DNA of 50,287 bases, counting the filler, from Sphacelaria rigidula (taxonomy: Eukaryota): NCBI GenBank assembly GCA_964200075.2. It is 3 parts of 3 records of this genome, joined end to end, with 100 filler letters (N's around TTAATTAATTAA, not from the genome) between each part and the next. Parts side by side here need not be neighbours in the genome. Positions count along the whole stretch, not along the records: positions 1 to 16,704 come from CAXNAA020001273.1; 2 more parts are not named here. The stretch is one strand, 5' to 3'. Positions 1 through 13,132 of the stretch are shown one piece after another (within the stretch, counting starts at the first letter, position 1; each line of letters begins with the position of its first letter). The notes beneath the pieces were generated by a model, which saw only the letters and a program-made list of their open reading frames with translations, was not told the DNA's origin and did no database searches. Position numbers and translations under genes: made by a program.

Positions 1-457
1 ATGCCCGCATGCCGTCATGGAATTGGCGGATGATGGGAATTATCTTGGCGGGTATACCGTAGCGTGGCATAGGGTGTTCAAACAAGAGAGGGTGATAATT
101 CAGACATATCAAGCTTCAGCCCCCTTCTAGAACGTTTGCACATCGTGCATTCAATATCGGAACGTAACCTACTACAAGCATCCCCGAAAAACGAACTGTA
201 CCGGATTGTGGATGCTCCTTGACTCGATGTTCTTACTTACCACCGTTCGACTGGCCATGAAATTTGGGTCAGCCTGGAGATCTCCGCAAAGCCTTCCCAT
301 CGATATACCCTTCAATTGGTACAAACACCAGACGCCAAACAAATCGAGCCTATGATCGAGTATTGTGCCAGGTGTGTCATCAAATCGTTTTCAGATATAC
401 TCTTCCCATCTACATTCGCTTGGCCACGAACGATGTCCTGACGATACGTTCACTCGC

Positions 458-3400
458 CTGATCAAACGCTTCTTGGGTAGCCTGGTCATTCCTCAGATAT
501 CCCTTCATAACGCCGTTACCTGCAATTGATAGGAGCATGTGACGGATGCACCAATATTGACGCCTCAAAGAAGGGGGGGGCGTACTCACTTGTTGCTTGC
601 ATGGGTCGTGTGATCATTGACCACGCATCCATTTCGAGACGTAGCACCGTTCCTACTCCTGATAACAGAGACATCTCCAACATTTAGGTGCTCATTACGT
701 CTCTTCCATACATTACACAAAGTCCTTTTACATATCTTATCCCCGTCCTGGTTTGCCGTCTGTGGCCACCATCTATTCCCTAGTATGGCCATCGTTTCTT
801 CCTACAAAGGGGGCCCAGTAAAAACAACTCTTGCCAGAGTACTATCGCTAGTACACAGTATGTGTTCACGTGAGAACGAGATGAGCCCTGGACAGACCCT
901 TGCGGTTATTTACCCCTTGTGCAGGATACTATCCATATCAATCGCCTTTATCAGTCTACTTGTGTGATGCTACGGCGAAAAGAGGTTTGCCGAGGCGATC
1001 TTCGTCAAGGGCTGGCGGTGGATATACGTTTGCGCCATTTTCCTGTCTTCCTCATGCGTGTGTCGGGTACCCAAGCCAACGATCTTTGCAGGAAATGATA
1101 CTCGTGAGTTTGTGAACTCTTCTTGCTTGTCCGGTCATCACTCGTGCGCCTGATGATCGCCCTCTTCATTGGTGTATCGACTCTCGTTTCTATATCTATC
1201 GCGGCGATTGGGCCGGGATCTGAACCCGAACTCCTGTGGCCGTCAAGCAAGTGAACCCGTCTCTCAGTATCACCGGTGAAAAAAGGTGATGGGTCCTCGA
1301 CAGATCCTTGCAAAAGTAAAATCTTTTTGCAGCATAACATTCATATCTAGCAACATGCGAGCGGAGATAGTTAGTGTCCCCTCCGCTGACGCAACAAAGA
1401 AGCCAGAACCGTATCGTGAACTGTTCTACCACGGGTGCATGAATATGCTTGCCGATGCCAGCGACCAACATTATAAATGTTAACGCACGACGTTCAAGCT
1501 AATAGAAAGCCTCATGCACCGGGTGCGTTGTTGCGGGAAGGTGTAGGCCTGCCGTGGCCAGTTGAGACCAGATATCATTTATGTAATTAATTCACCCATT
1601 TATGCCCACTCTCACACACATAACACACAACTGCTGAAAACACCGCTGAATCAGAACTGACACAAAACTGAATCAAGTGGGGGCGGGAAATCGATTATAC
1701 AAAATCACACGTCATGATCCCGTATTTTTGGCACACGAAAAAGGCGTGTGCCCCCAGTAGATTTGTACTGCAAGGACTAGATCGGGTATACCTCAAACAA
1801 CAGAATTGTAGCTCTTATTCGTATTCCCCCCGTACGTCATGATCCAGTCTTGATATCCGATCCTGGAGCGTAAGTATAATCGATTACAAGCGCCATGCAC
1901 GTGTTTCTCGCGTCCAGTAGCGGTTCAAGGTATGCGATGCTGGTGCCACCTCGAGCTCAGGGGGTGAAGCTTTGAGTTCGACGGTCGCTTGCCCGTTGTC
2001 CGATGCCGACTTGGTGACGGAGGTATAATGTTGGTTCGGCAAATGTAAGCCGATGTTGCCTCAAGCACAGAGGGTGCAGTGTCGACTTCGAAGGCGCCCA
2101 TTCATCGCCGACCTCACGATGGACTTGTTTGGTGCTGGGTTAAAAACTCGAAGCCAGAGACGCGGGTTCCTCTGATGTGCTGATTGGCGGCAAGGTGGAA
2201 GGGTCACGCTTTCCATCTTCTTGCACACAGGACGCACGGTTGCTGTGGATCCTACTGTGTGTTCACCTCACAGGACAAGGCATGCGGCCACTGCGCGTCC
2301 AACTCTGGACTTCAGGAGCGCTCAAATCGTCCAGTGAGGATCCGATGGTCTTCCACCTCGTAACCCAAGCCGGTGTTTCGTAGCTAAATTGCTGGCGGAA
2401 TGGTCAGTGTGTGGTAGAGGGGTCGACTGCCGTTTACTGTCGTATTTTCGCGCTCAGAAACGCGCTGCAGAGGAGGTCGTTTGGGATTGGTTAGACTTTG
2501 ATGAGGTGGCCGCCTGTACCTCGAGTACAGGGTCAGACTTCCCGCTCACGACCCTACCGTACGCATATGGGGCGTACACCGGCGTATTACTTTGTAGTGG
2601 CGGTTCTGTGCCTTGCGATGGCCGTTCGGGCCCACTTTTCCATCGCTGGTGACGGAGTACTCAATTGCTGCTTTCATGCTTCTATGTTCTGTTTTCCTGT
2701 TCTCGTGTTTTGAAAATGGCAGTACACGTCCAATTACTCCTAGCGCGTGTCGAACACCCCAATATCTAGTTATTTTGTGCTAGGCTTCCTTATTGCTGCG
2801 AGAGCACCGATTTGTGTTCATTTTGCGCAGTAACATAACGATGCATTGCATTTGTCGGAATTTCCTCAGCTCGTTTCCTAAACAGCTAGCACTACGGTTT
2901 CACAGATCTTCGTCGGGCCCCAACCCCCGTGCCTTAAAAAAGCAGACGCCTTGTTCACGGAGAGAATTGTCACTGAAATGAGCGTCCGGACACAAGGCTT
3001 GCAGCGTTAGCGAAGAATACCTAGAGATTCGCCTCACCTCGCATGACAACCTCCCCTATCGTAGAACCGTCGGCGCGCACAGGATCCAACCCTCCTCTTT
3101 GCGCAACGTACATGTCGTGCACTAGCGACGGTGCTGTTTGCAGCGCGTGCGCGGGCATGGAGAGGAATGCCGTGTAGGTAGGGAGGCATGGTAGTAAAGT
3201 TTAGGCATACGTCGGACGACCGTTGGAGAACGCACCGGGATGCGGCCACATTGGAAATGGGACGATCCCTCCACGGATTGCGCCACTGGTGACGGAAGGT
3301 ATGTCAAATGAGAGGTTCCCCAAAGACCCTTCCTACAGGACACCATTCATCGCCACGCTGGTGGCACCGCACTGGCCGAGATCATCGAGTTCGGGAGCGT

Positions 3401-6400
3401 CTGCGCCCCGATGGATTTTCGAAGGGCTTGGCGGTAGCCAGAAACACCCCCCAAATTGAGTCTCGGGGCGACTGAGCCCATTCCGTGAAAATAGCCGGGC
3501 TCGACGTTTCCCGTTGGATTTGCTCGCGCAAGTTTTGAGCATGCCGTACATGCACAGCCCGCACGTAAGGGGCGAAATATCAGGCGGACCTTCAACATAT
3601 CATGGCAATGTATTTGCTCCCCGCGGTGCTCTCCATGTGCCTGTTTCCTCTTCGACGAGGGGGGTGTAACCTAGGTCATACCCCCTAACCTTCTTTCATT
3701 TTCTCCATGTGTCTCGTTGAGTAGGCACAATTCAATCTCCACGCTACTTGCCAGGGTTCCCCCCGCCAAGGCCATCACGACCACAACACTTGAGATTTGA
3801 AATACCTACGACACACGCACGTTGCGCGCAACGGAATTTCGTGCTTCTCGGCGGAACCAGCGCGTACCGCAAGAATGTTAATAACAATTCTCACCCTGCC
3901 ACGTCATGCGCTTGTCCCTTTGTTCATCGTCCAGATCGTCCCAGCTGCTGTCCCACACAAACGTAGTGGCCGCCCCGTAAACCTGCAATTATTAGCCAGG
4001 GAAGCATGCATGCTCCCGAGCGCTTTCAAACAAAACTCGGAAGGCTGCGCCTGCTGTCGATAGTGCGTGTGCTGCATACCGAATGTAAACCGTTCGTGTT
4101 CAAAGTGCATATCTTGAGACTGATGAAGAACTAACTTGGTCAATACACAGATTCATCCCTACGCAGTAGAAATCCCATGTCTGTCCGGCGGAAAGGGCTA
4201 CCGTAGTTGGCGGCATCACCTCGGTCAGGCCGTACAACGCCACCGGTTGGATGCCGAGCTCCGATCGCATTCGCTTCATCACGCTGGGCGGCGGCGCCGA
4301 TCCCCCAGTCACCATTTTTACTGGAGCGTCGGACCGCATCGACACCTATGAAGATCGCACGAAAATAACAGTCACGCCCGGGTTGCAGTCCAACGTTCAA
4401 AACTCTCGAGACCTAGATGGAGTCCAAGGATTCTACATGATGCCGTAGAACAGTCAGGTTAACAACTACAGTTCCAAACATCGGCAGCTGCAAAGGTAAC
4501 GAACATGATGACTGTATCAGAAAATACTGGAGCAGCAAGCGGTATCAAGAGGCTGACTGGCGGGAGTCTAGAGATCATTCATTATTTGCTCCTTCAACAA
4601 ACGATATGCTATTGGACATCGCCCAAGGTGTATACACGCTGATCGTTCTCGGGTGAGGGCGTTCCAGCAACACCACTACTCGCGCTGTGCAGCTGCTGTT
4701 AGCCAGCTTCGACGGTGCCGATAGCGTGTTGTGTGTAATATTTGTTCATACTTTCCTGTTATCCACTGGTGAGACCCGTCGGTCGTAAGCGGCTGCTCGC
4801 CATTAATGGCTCTGAGTTGAGGGTTTTGCGTGATCATCTACACATCGTGTTTTACTTCTGCACCGGTTCACGTCCTGCGGTTCCAATACGCTTGCTCAAC
4901 AGTGGATGAATAACATCACCGCCTTTTTTTGCGCAAGCGCTGTGAGTGTAGCCAATAATTGCAGCACACCGTTCGAGCATCATAGCTTATATGTAAGATC
5001 TCGACGTTTTGGCCTCTGAGCGATTTCGGCAAGCCTCGACCCTTCGCATGCACGCATGGCCGACATCTGTGGCTCTTTGTAGAACTTGTTCCCTATACCT
5101 TACGACTCTATGCGGTGTATAACTCGCGAGCTGACACTAGGATAAACACGCAGATTCGATTCCCATCTGTTAGCTACTTCACACAACATGAACATCTGCC
5201 TTACTATGTGATGGGACAATCAGTATAGTCAGTGCTCAAGTCCAATCTGGCAACTCACTTCTTGTTGAAGTGCTGCCTTTTGTTCCTCGGCTGCTCCCAG
5301 TAGCAGGTTCATCACCACTGGGTCATGCAACACAAGGATAGGAAACCGGGCATGGGTAGAATAGCGGCAAGTGTTGAATTGTAGATTTCGCATCGCCACG
5401 TTTGTTTTTACTGCCGCTCCAATCCTTTTGAAATGGAAAACGCTGCAAAAGCTAGAGCAATCAGGTGCATATGTCAATTGAATCATGACAAACAGCGAAA
5501 CAGGTTTTGAAACCATGTTTTTCAACATCGTTTCGTAGGCAACACATGGCATTCGCATGTTGGATTCACAACGGCGAAAACATGAAGGCAGCGCGAAACA
5601 GCCGAGTGGAGTTCCGCCACACCATGCTCTTGGACAACACAGCTTTGATTCTACGATGAAACCTCGGTTGACGACACACCAAAAATCTTGGCGACGCAGC
5701 AACAAGCCTGACTAAATACCGCCTCTCAATTTGAAGAATAAACCACTGCCGTACACAGCGCATGCACCGTGTGACGCAGAAAAACCATCTCGACATATCA
5801 ACGGTTAGCTCGCGCTATCGTCGTTCGAACCCGCTTGTTAGACCAAGGAAGTTCCCGACATGCCCCCGTGGTCTGATTGCTACACCAACAGCCCGTGAGT
5901 GTTGGAGTCTATTCGGTTTTGATTGTTACATATGAAGTAATCTCCGAGGGACCACAAGGTGTGGTCACTGAGACAAACATACCCCCAGGTTGACAAAATG
6001 GGAACGCTCTTTGAAAAAAAGAAAGAGTGAGAAAACGGAAAGATAACACAAACGAAGTAAACTGAAAGGTGAACGCAAAATACAAGAGCATGTGGCTCCG
6101 AATCCCGATATCATCAGTTTTTTGGAGCAAGAGTCTGGTTTCTATTGTTGGAAAGGTGAGGGCTTGAGAGGCGAAATGTGCATCGAGGAGCGTCCACGCC
6201 GTCCGGCAGTGCTGATCTACCCCACGGTATCAAAGTGCCAGGCAGGTACCGGGGTCAAGACAGGTTAATCTCTCGAGGCCACAAACTCGACACCAGGAAG
6301 GGGAAGGGCTGACAGGGTGATGAAAAAAAAAGAATTCCTATGCTTGCTTTGCTTCTCCTCACCAGGTGCGCCGCATAGATGGGTGACTCGCTCCTTTGAG

Positions 6401-9400
6401 ATGGCACTCAAAACGTCCCCCGCGCGCACGTACCGTAGACACACGTGGGTACCCCCCACTGCGAAATAGGAACAAAAGACAATATGAAAGGTTTTCACAA
6501 AAGTGAGTATTCGCATGCTTGCGGAAGGCCATTGACTACGCTTTTAGGCAAGATATGATACACCCGCGGCGACACTGAACATGTTGGCCGAAGTACTCCT
6601 CACCTACTCCTTACCACCCGGCGAAGTTTGTAAAACAAAACTCCATGTTTGTTTCCGCACAAACGGAGAGAAATTTCTTCATCAACTTAAGCCCAACTCC
6701 AACAAACCCAGATGCACACAACTGCTGACTCCGTAAACGCATGTGGAGATGATAGCGATACACCAACCACTGCCGGTAACTCCGAAATTAGCGTCCTTCG
6801 GGTTCTACTACTCAAGTCTGTATAGGTTTCGGGGCGGTCACGTGGAGGTTGGGAATCGACCCGAGTTCCCCATTTACGTGGTGCAAATGTCTGGTGCCAA
6901 TCAGAATCCATCAGCATGAAGAACAAGCGCCGTTGAACAGTCCCACTTGCGCACGTTGAAGCGGACCCACTCTCTGAGATATATCGGTTACAGCCGAGTG
7001 CGCTGGCGAAATTTGGTCAGCACGTGATATGTATAGCTAGTGAGACCTCATCTTGTGTTTCACTCATTGCAGGATTAGAGCACAACCAAGTAATCGTTTG
7101 GGCGATTCCACTAGTATCTACATATTGATGGCAAGTGTTGCGAGCAGATATATCGCATGGAATATAAAAGACATCACAGAGGTACACGTATCGCACGAGC
7201 AGATTACACTCACAAGGCAACACATACGAAAAACAAACAAATACCAAGCTTGTGGGCATATTTTGACATATTCCATCCACAAACTGCGCGAAACCTAGGC
7301 ACGCCTGCCGGCATTTCTATTCCATGAAAGGACAGAACGTTTCAGTTATCGGCGTAACCACAATGCTATTAATAGCGCAAAAGGTAAAGAGAAGAAGCTG
7401 TGACTCACCGGCGGTAACCGCCCATGGAAAGCACCAACCGTTACAGTGGAACATTGGCAGGGTCCACAGATACACGATACGGTCGCCCACCATTGGCCAC
7501 CTGGGCGTGTGCCATCGGAGAATAACACCGCCGGGTGCACAGAAATACATGATCAAGGACACATGAAAACGTGCTCGATTTATTCGTAACTTGCCGCGAT
7601 TTCAAGATACTCTCCGGAACATCCTTTGATTATTGGAACCTTGCGGCACTGTGACCGTTGTTGCACTACTCGGGGATATCGATTCCTGACAAACTATGTC
7701 ACAGCGGGGATACTATTCTCCGTCGAACTTATGGGCCCGTTGTTTCTGTGCATGACTGCATGAACCCTCCACTACACAATAAACAACCGCCTCTCTCCGA
7801 CATGCCTTGTCCTCGGCAGCTTTTAGTGTAAAATTGTCCGCCATTCTAAATATTCTCAATACTTCGTACGATCACAATATGGAGGCATTGTGCAGCAAAA
7901 ATTGTGCCAAACAAAAATAATGTTTGACTCGCGCAGCACTGCACCCAAACGTTTGAGTCATCATTTTGGCTTTGGCCAGCCCTTCAGACCAACAAAGCTC
8001 CCCGAATACCGTGTATGTTGTCTCACGTTAGATTTATGCAGAGAGAGTTCAGAGCCGCCCCGCGGTGGTGCGTTACAACACCCTTCGGGTTTCCTGTAGT
8101 TCCACTTGTGTACGACACAGCGATCGCATCGTCTTCGTCACCAGGCCCCTCCAGCCTGAAGTCAGGGTCTCCCGTGCTGAAAACCGAACACCAGAGCATA
8201 GGGGAGAAGGCACGGCAGAGAGGGTAAATTTCTTGCTGACGATGACTACAGTGAAGAAGGCTGTGTCTGGACTCGGACGACACTGATCTAGATCGGAAAC
8301 TCGTAGAGCGCCGAAAATAGACGCACAACCCTGGTGGTGAAGGGATGAAAAATATATCGTTCATGCAGGGTGTGTATGGATAATATGAGGCTCGCTCAGC
8401 TTTTTTCACACGGAAACGAAACGACGGCCATTGTCATACGACCAGTGAGCGCATGAATCGGAACAGCACTGTTGAGCAGGGTACCGTGGGGAGCGCGCTA
8501 TAAGAGTGTGTCACGTGTGAGACTCCGTTTGAAGTCATTGCTACACGTGTGCGCACTTGCAACGCGATTGTTTCGGACTCGGTACACCAGAAGTTTACAA
8601 CTTCCAGAGCAAAAAAAGCTTGACGTCAATACTCTGGCCGCTTTCTATGCTTCTTCGTCGTCCGTGAGTGGGCCGACTGCCGACTGCAGGTTTTCAAAAC
8701 TCTACCGCAAGGAACCTCGTACAACTGCGGCAGATAGTGAGCATGCTTGTTCTCATGATAGATCCCAATGCAGCATTCGTTTTAAGTAAATTTACCGCAT
8801 GAAATCTTGCAGGGTTTCACCGTCCGCCTGCCACTGAGGATATAGTGAGTCTTCCGCCTGCACTAGCCTTGGACGGTGCCGGTCTTCCATCATCTCAAGT
8901 GCGGCCGTAGCCACTCCCGCGAGTTCGCAGTCAACAATCAAAAGCTTGCTTTGAGCGTGCTCCAGCTGATGGGCGAAAGTATCAGTAGGGAGGGGAGGGA
9001 TTAACAAGAAAATACCAGCTGTGGTATACTCGGGATTCGAACAATTTATTGACTCGCGGGTGACTGGCAACACGAACATGTACTTTAAAAAGACGAAACA
9101 TGTGAGTGATAATTAATCCCTGGTCCATAAACCATTTGAGTACACATCAGCACGACCTCATACACTACGCACACACAGAAGGGCATGAATTGGTCACGGT
9201 GCGGTAGTGGAAAAGTGCAAAATACTAGAACAGTGGTAACGACCACCAGTGAAACGTGTATAATTTGCGACACCATAGTCGTAACTTTCGCCGCGAAAGC
9301 ACCCCGCACTGCATTGCACCAAAATATTCGTTGCGTCTTTTTCTCAGGTTCGAAGCGCACCGATTGGAACTGTCATGACTGTCGCTGAAGGCTAGCAACG

Positions 9401-9736
9401 TTGTTGAATCAGTTGTGTACACCATACCTCCACGCCTGTGTCAGAAAAGCATAACAACATAGCTATCTCGAGTCTGTGGGACAGCGCGAGACAGGCGGTG
9501 AATTCTATCTGCAGTACATCCGTGAGATAGCGCCCCCCACATGCTACACCGCTCACCTGGAATGCCACGGCGTGAGCATCGAGGCGAGTGTTAATCATAT
9601 GCAACGTTGAGCCTGTTCCGGGTACGGCGAAATGGCACACGATGCCCACAGGAACGTTCGGGACCATGACGGACACAACTTGTCCCTTACAGATCCCGCT
9701 TCTCACTATAGCACTTCCCAGCCTCCTCGCTTCGGC
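458..9736 (-). CDS. Acyl-activating enzyme / AMP-dependent acyl-CoA synthetase (ANL superfamily, plant AAE-like), spliced, partial at both ends
   Basis: Ten phase-consistent exons: 9736-9557 ([22 protein letters not shown]), 8965-8796, 8176-8027 (AMP-binding motif [13 protein letters not shown]), 7500-7409 ([17 protein letters not shown]), 6458-6363 (VTHLCGAP), 5317-5259, 4345-4220 ([13 protein letters not shown]), 3982-3895 (VYGAA), 3133-3038 ([11 protein letters not shown]), 519-458 ([19 protein letters not shown]). N-terminal exon(s) were not located, and the C-terminal part (GWFHSGD onward) was not found and probably lies before position 1. Confidence 0.93.
573..830 (-). mobile_element. 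5'-truncated LINE-like retroelement 3' end with C-rich tail
   Basis: ORF remnant ([21 protein letters not shown]) ending in GCAAGCAACAAxTGAGTACG plus a C-run. The same terminus recurs at 16571-16649 and 28838-28918. The LINE class is inferred from variable 5' truncation. Confidence 0.65.
1689..1885. repeat. Short segment bounded by 12-bp inverted repeats, possible MITE
   Basis: AATCGATTATAC at about 1689 and GTATAATCGATT at about 1874-1885, with an internal direct repeat ACGTCATGATCC. Confidence 0.35.
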
Positions 9737-10574
9737 CTGTGTGGGTACGAGCATACAAGCAGCGAATGAATGGGAACTCCGTCATCAAGACAGCCAAGAT
9801 GCACGACATTTCGCTACCATAACGAGCTCAACCGCTTGGCTGGACACGCAGGTTCATCTTGATTATAATATTGCCGTTCCTCTGGCGGCGGCTACAGCAA
9901 TTGGCGTCCGCGCCGAGCTGGTGCCTATCACTACTGTATTGCCCTATAGAGGGTATTTTTATCGTCCTTTACCCTCGAGAGGATGAAAATCGCGAGAGAG
10001 GATTTTAAGGAGGTAGCCGAATGGCCGCGTGTGCAAGCTTGGATGTATGTTGCCGTTGTTGTTTTTCGTAATTTTTCGTCGACGATTGTCGCAGAGGATG
10101 GTTTCGGCCAGGGATCATCTCCAACCAAAAGCGTTAAATAAAGCCAAGTCAACGAATGGCACGTAGGTGCTTCCATCAAGTTTGTATTTAGCATGTATTT
10201 GAGGGATAACGTGCAGTGAACACATGAATTGAGAAGGGAAACTCAACGGGAAAAAAAATTAAACGAGGAAAAAATAAAGAGGGCATATACGGTGGTTTCA
10301 GGAACAGAAAAAGGGGGGCGCACTCTTCAACTCGTATTGCGGTGCTGCACGCGGGCTGAGCACCTCGAAAAGAAATTCCAGCCCCTCAGTCCCATTCCCA
10401 ACATAGTTTGGCAACATGCTCAGCCCTATCTTGTTCCTCGACAGATGGCAAAACGCTCAACGATGGCGCGGAAAGGGATGGGCTGTATGAACACTAGATT
10501 TCGTCGACAAACCAGCAGGATACACCGACCTCTCAGCTAAAAGACGATGTCGTACCCGTTATCGTTCATGTGCG

Positions 10575-10575
<1 letters not shown>

Positions 10576-10633
<58 letters not shown>

Positions 10634-10660
10634 ATTGATTGATGTATTGCTTGGTTGATT
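10576..10660. repeat. (TTGA)n microsatellite, probably the tail of a minus-strand retroelement
   Basis: About 20 imperfect TTGA units followed by TGTCGCACTTTATC. The same junction TTGATTGTCGCACTTTATC recurs at about 20631-20649. Confidence 0.8.
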
Positions 10661-10745
10661 GTCGCACTTTATCTGATCCCCCAGGGGTCCAGAAGTGCGT
10701 ACCATTTTTTTTCTTCAACGGTGACCCCACCACGGGCTCCTCCGG

Positions 10746-12038
10746 GGATGCGCCGAACAGTCCCCAACATGCCCAATTTGGTCAAGGTACCCCTCGCCAA
10801 AAAGGCCGAAATGCCCGACGACCAAGAAAGTGTAGCCGGCTGCTGGTTGCCCAGCAGGTCAAAAAGATTCGACGATGCGTTAAGGGCGAGAGGGCTTGTG
10901 AGCGAGATATGACAAACATCCAAATGGTGCGAAACGTCTCGCCGGCACACACGCCAGAACTTCATCATGTAGCGTCACTATGTCGAAGATCAGAGCATGC
11001 GGCCTGCACATTTCTATCCCGTACGAACAGAATAACGGCAGCTGCCCGTAAGATAGAACCAGTTCTTCAGCACGTCTATGCAGAACCGCCGGTCCAATCA
11101 CACACGCGGCCATTCGGCTACCTCGTAAAGGAATTCCAAACGTCATCCTCGGTTCCGTCCTTTCTGAAATCACACCAGAGGATCTTGGGTATTCGTAATC
11201 CTCTAGAGGATTTTCAATGTTGGGGCCCTCGAAGGTCTGTGTCGATATTAAAATCCCCTGGATTGTTTTTGGAGGCACAAATGCTATGGAAATCTGGAAT
11301 TTTTACAGCCTCTGCTGTTCGAGATAAATCCTTGTTCCAAATCATTGGAATCGGGCAAAAATGATTTATTCCGAACAGCAGAGGCTGTGCAAATCCCATA
11401 TACACTCGCAGATGGGATTTGTACACCAGAAGCTGTTCGAAATAAATCCTCATTTTTTCCGCCAATAATACCTGAAATTGGGCTAAAACATATCTTATTT
11501 GCGAGCAGCATCTGCTGTTCAAGTCCCACATACTGCACCGTATCAGTGGATGAGAATCGAGAGACAGCAGAAATTGTTGAAAAGTTATCCTCTTGCCCCC
11601 CATTTCATATATCAATTGGGCAAGGGGATCGAAGTCTTCAACGGCCTCGGCTGGTTACAAATCCCATACACTATCCACATGGCGGCGCTGTACAGGTGTG
11701 GTCATAGGTTACAAACTGTATGAACCTCACACATGTATACATACAGGTTTTGAAAACCCGCCCGTCGTCCCGTGTCTACCCTTTTTATACCGAAGTGAAG
11801 CATTTTTTCAAGTAAACACGCGAAAAATTATGATCGCGATTTATTCTGTATGTTGATGACGGTATGATGATCACAATAATAAGCATAAGCGTTCGCGCGG
11901 TGTACCCATCATCCGAGAATTTGGGTCTGCGGGGCAACCAGCAGTGAGCTACACTCTATTGGTCGTCGGGAATTCCGACTTTTTAGGCGAGGTGCCATTT
12001 GACAACGTAGGGTATGTTTGGGACTGTTCGGCGTATCC
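10746..12038. mobile_element. Non-autonomous DNA transposon with about 130-bp diverged terminal inverted repeats
   Basis: 10746-10880 (GGATGCGCCGAACAGTCCCCAACAT..) is the reverse complement of 11903-12038 (..ATGTTTGGGACTGTTCGGCGTATCC). Alternating inverted subrepeats lie at 11290-11530. No TSD is recognisable. Confidence 0.65.
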
Positions 12039-12191
12039 TACGCGCATGAACAGCAGCTGGTATGAATATATTTAGCTGACAGTCGGCATCGAGTACCCTG
12101 CAGGGTGTTGGCGAAATCGGGTGCTCTAACAGGCTCTTCTTTTCCGTACACTAGATGAACCTGCTGCCATGCGCCAGGAAAAACAAATAGG

Positions 12192-12311
12192 GTTCGGCAT
12201 GCTGTCCAACCATATTCGACATGCTGCCCAATCATGTTCGGCATGCTGCCCAACCATGTTCGGCATGCTATGCAACCGTGTTCGGCATGCTGCCCGACCA
12301 TGTTCGTCATG
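12192..12311. repeat. 22-bp minisatellite, about 5.5 copies
   Basis: Unit GTTCGGCATGCTGCCCAACCAT head-to-tail with no spacers. Confidence 0.9.
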
Positions 12312-13132
12312 GGGCTAAGGCGCTAGAACGTCTTTTCGAGGTGCTCTGCCCGCGTGCAACGCCGCGCCCCGAACCGACACGTGGGCTACCCTTTTCTGGT
12401 CCTAAAACCATCGGATATATCCCCGCTTTGTCGATACCCCAGCATAAAATGAATTTCGGCCCTCCGGGGGGGGGTGTACTCATGATCTTGCATGCCGTAG
12501 TCAGAAGACCATTGGTCTCGCATCATTTTACAAAGCCGGGGGGGGGGGAGCACGCCGGGTTTTCGCCGAACCAGCAGCGCCGAGATGTGTTCGGCGAGTC
12601 GCATGAAAGGAAAACTGCATCCTGCCGAGATTGTTCGGCCCTTAGCATACTGGTTATCTTGCATTTGGATGATGGCCTCCAATGAGTCAGCTCATGTTCT
12701 CGTACTGTATCGCCACTTCCAGAGACAGCCATGGGTTCCAAACTGCCTCATGGGTGTCTCACCACATCAATTTTGCGCGATATGATTATCCTCTTTGCGC
12801 GGAATTTAGGTTTTCCACCACGCATAATATGATCTGACTTGACCACTATCAGGGTTACTGCAAACGAAACGCAGACGAGAAGAAAAAGTCAGTGGCGTGT
12901 TTTACAGCGTCGTTGCCAACTGACGCCAACCTCTAAACGGAGACCCCCCCCTCCTCCTCCGGGGGAAGTACACAGATAGGTGTGCGGAATATCATTGTAT
13001 ATTGTTCATGTACCCTTGGCTACCGCAGAAATTTTACACGTATTGACGTGTAGAACGTAAGGGTGAAGTTCCAGGTCAAGACTCCTCAAGTTCGGCCGTA
13101 CAATCCACTTTATTTAACCCTAGCTGATATAA

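Noticed and set aside
10639..11364. 241-aa ORF
   Set aside because: It starts in a microsatellite and runs across TIR and subrepeat DNA, with no protein motif.
12096..12161. Possible upstream exon of the acyl-activating enzyme (VHLVYGKEEPVRAP..)
   Set aside because: No convincing match to the expected N-terminal motifs and no clean phase-0 donor.
12192..12311. 22-bp repeats as a possible CRISPR array
   Set aside because: The units are head-to-tail with no unique spacers, there are no cas genes, and the context is eukaryotic.
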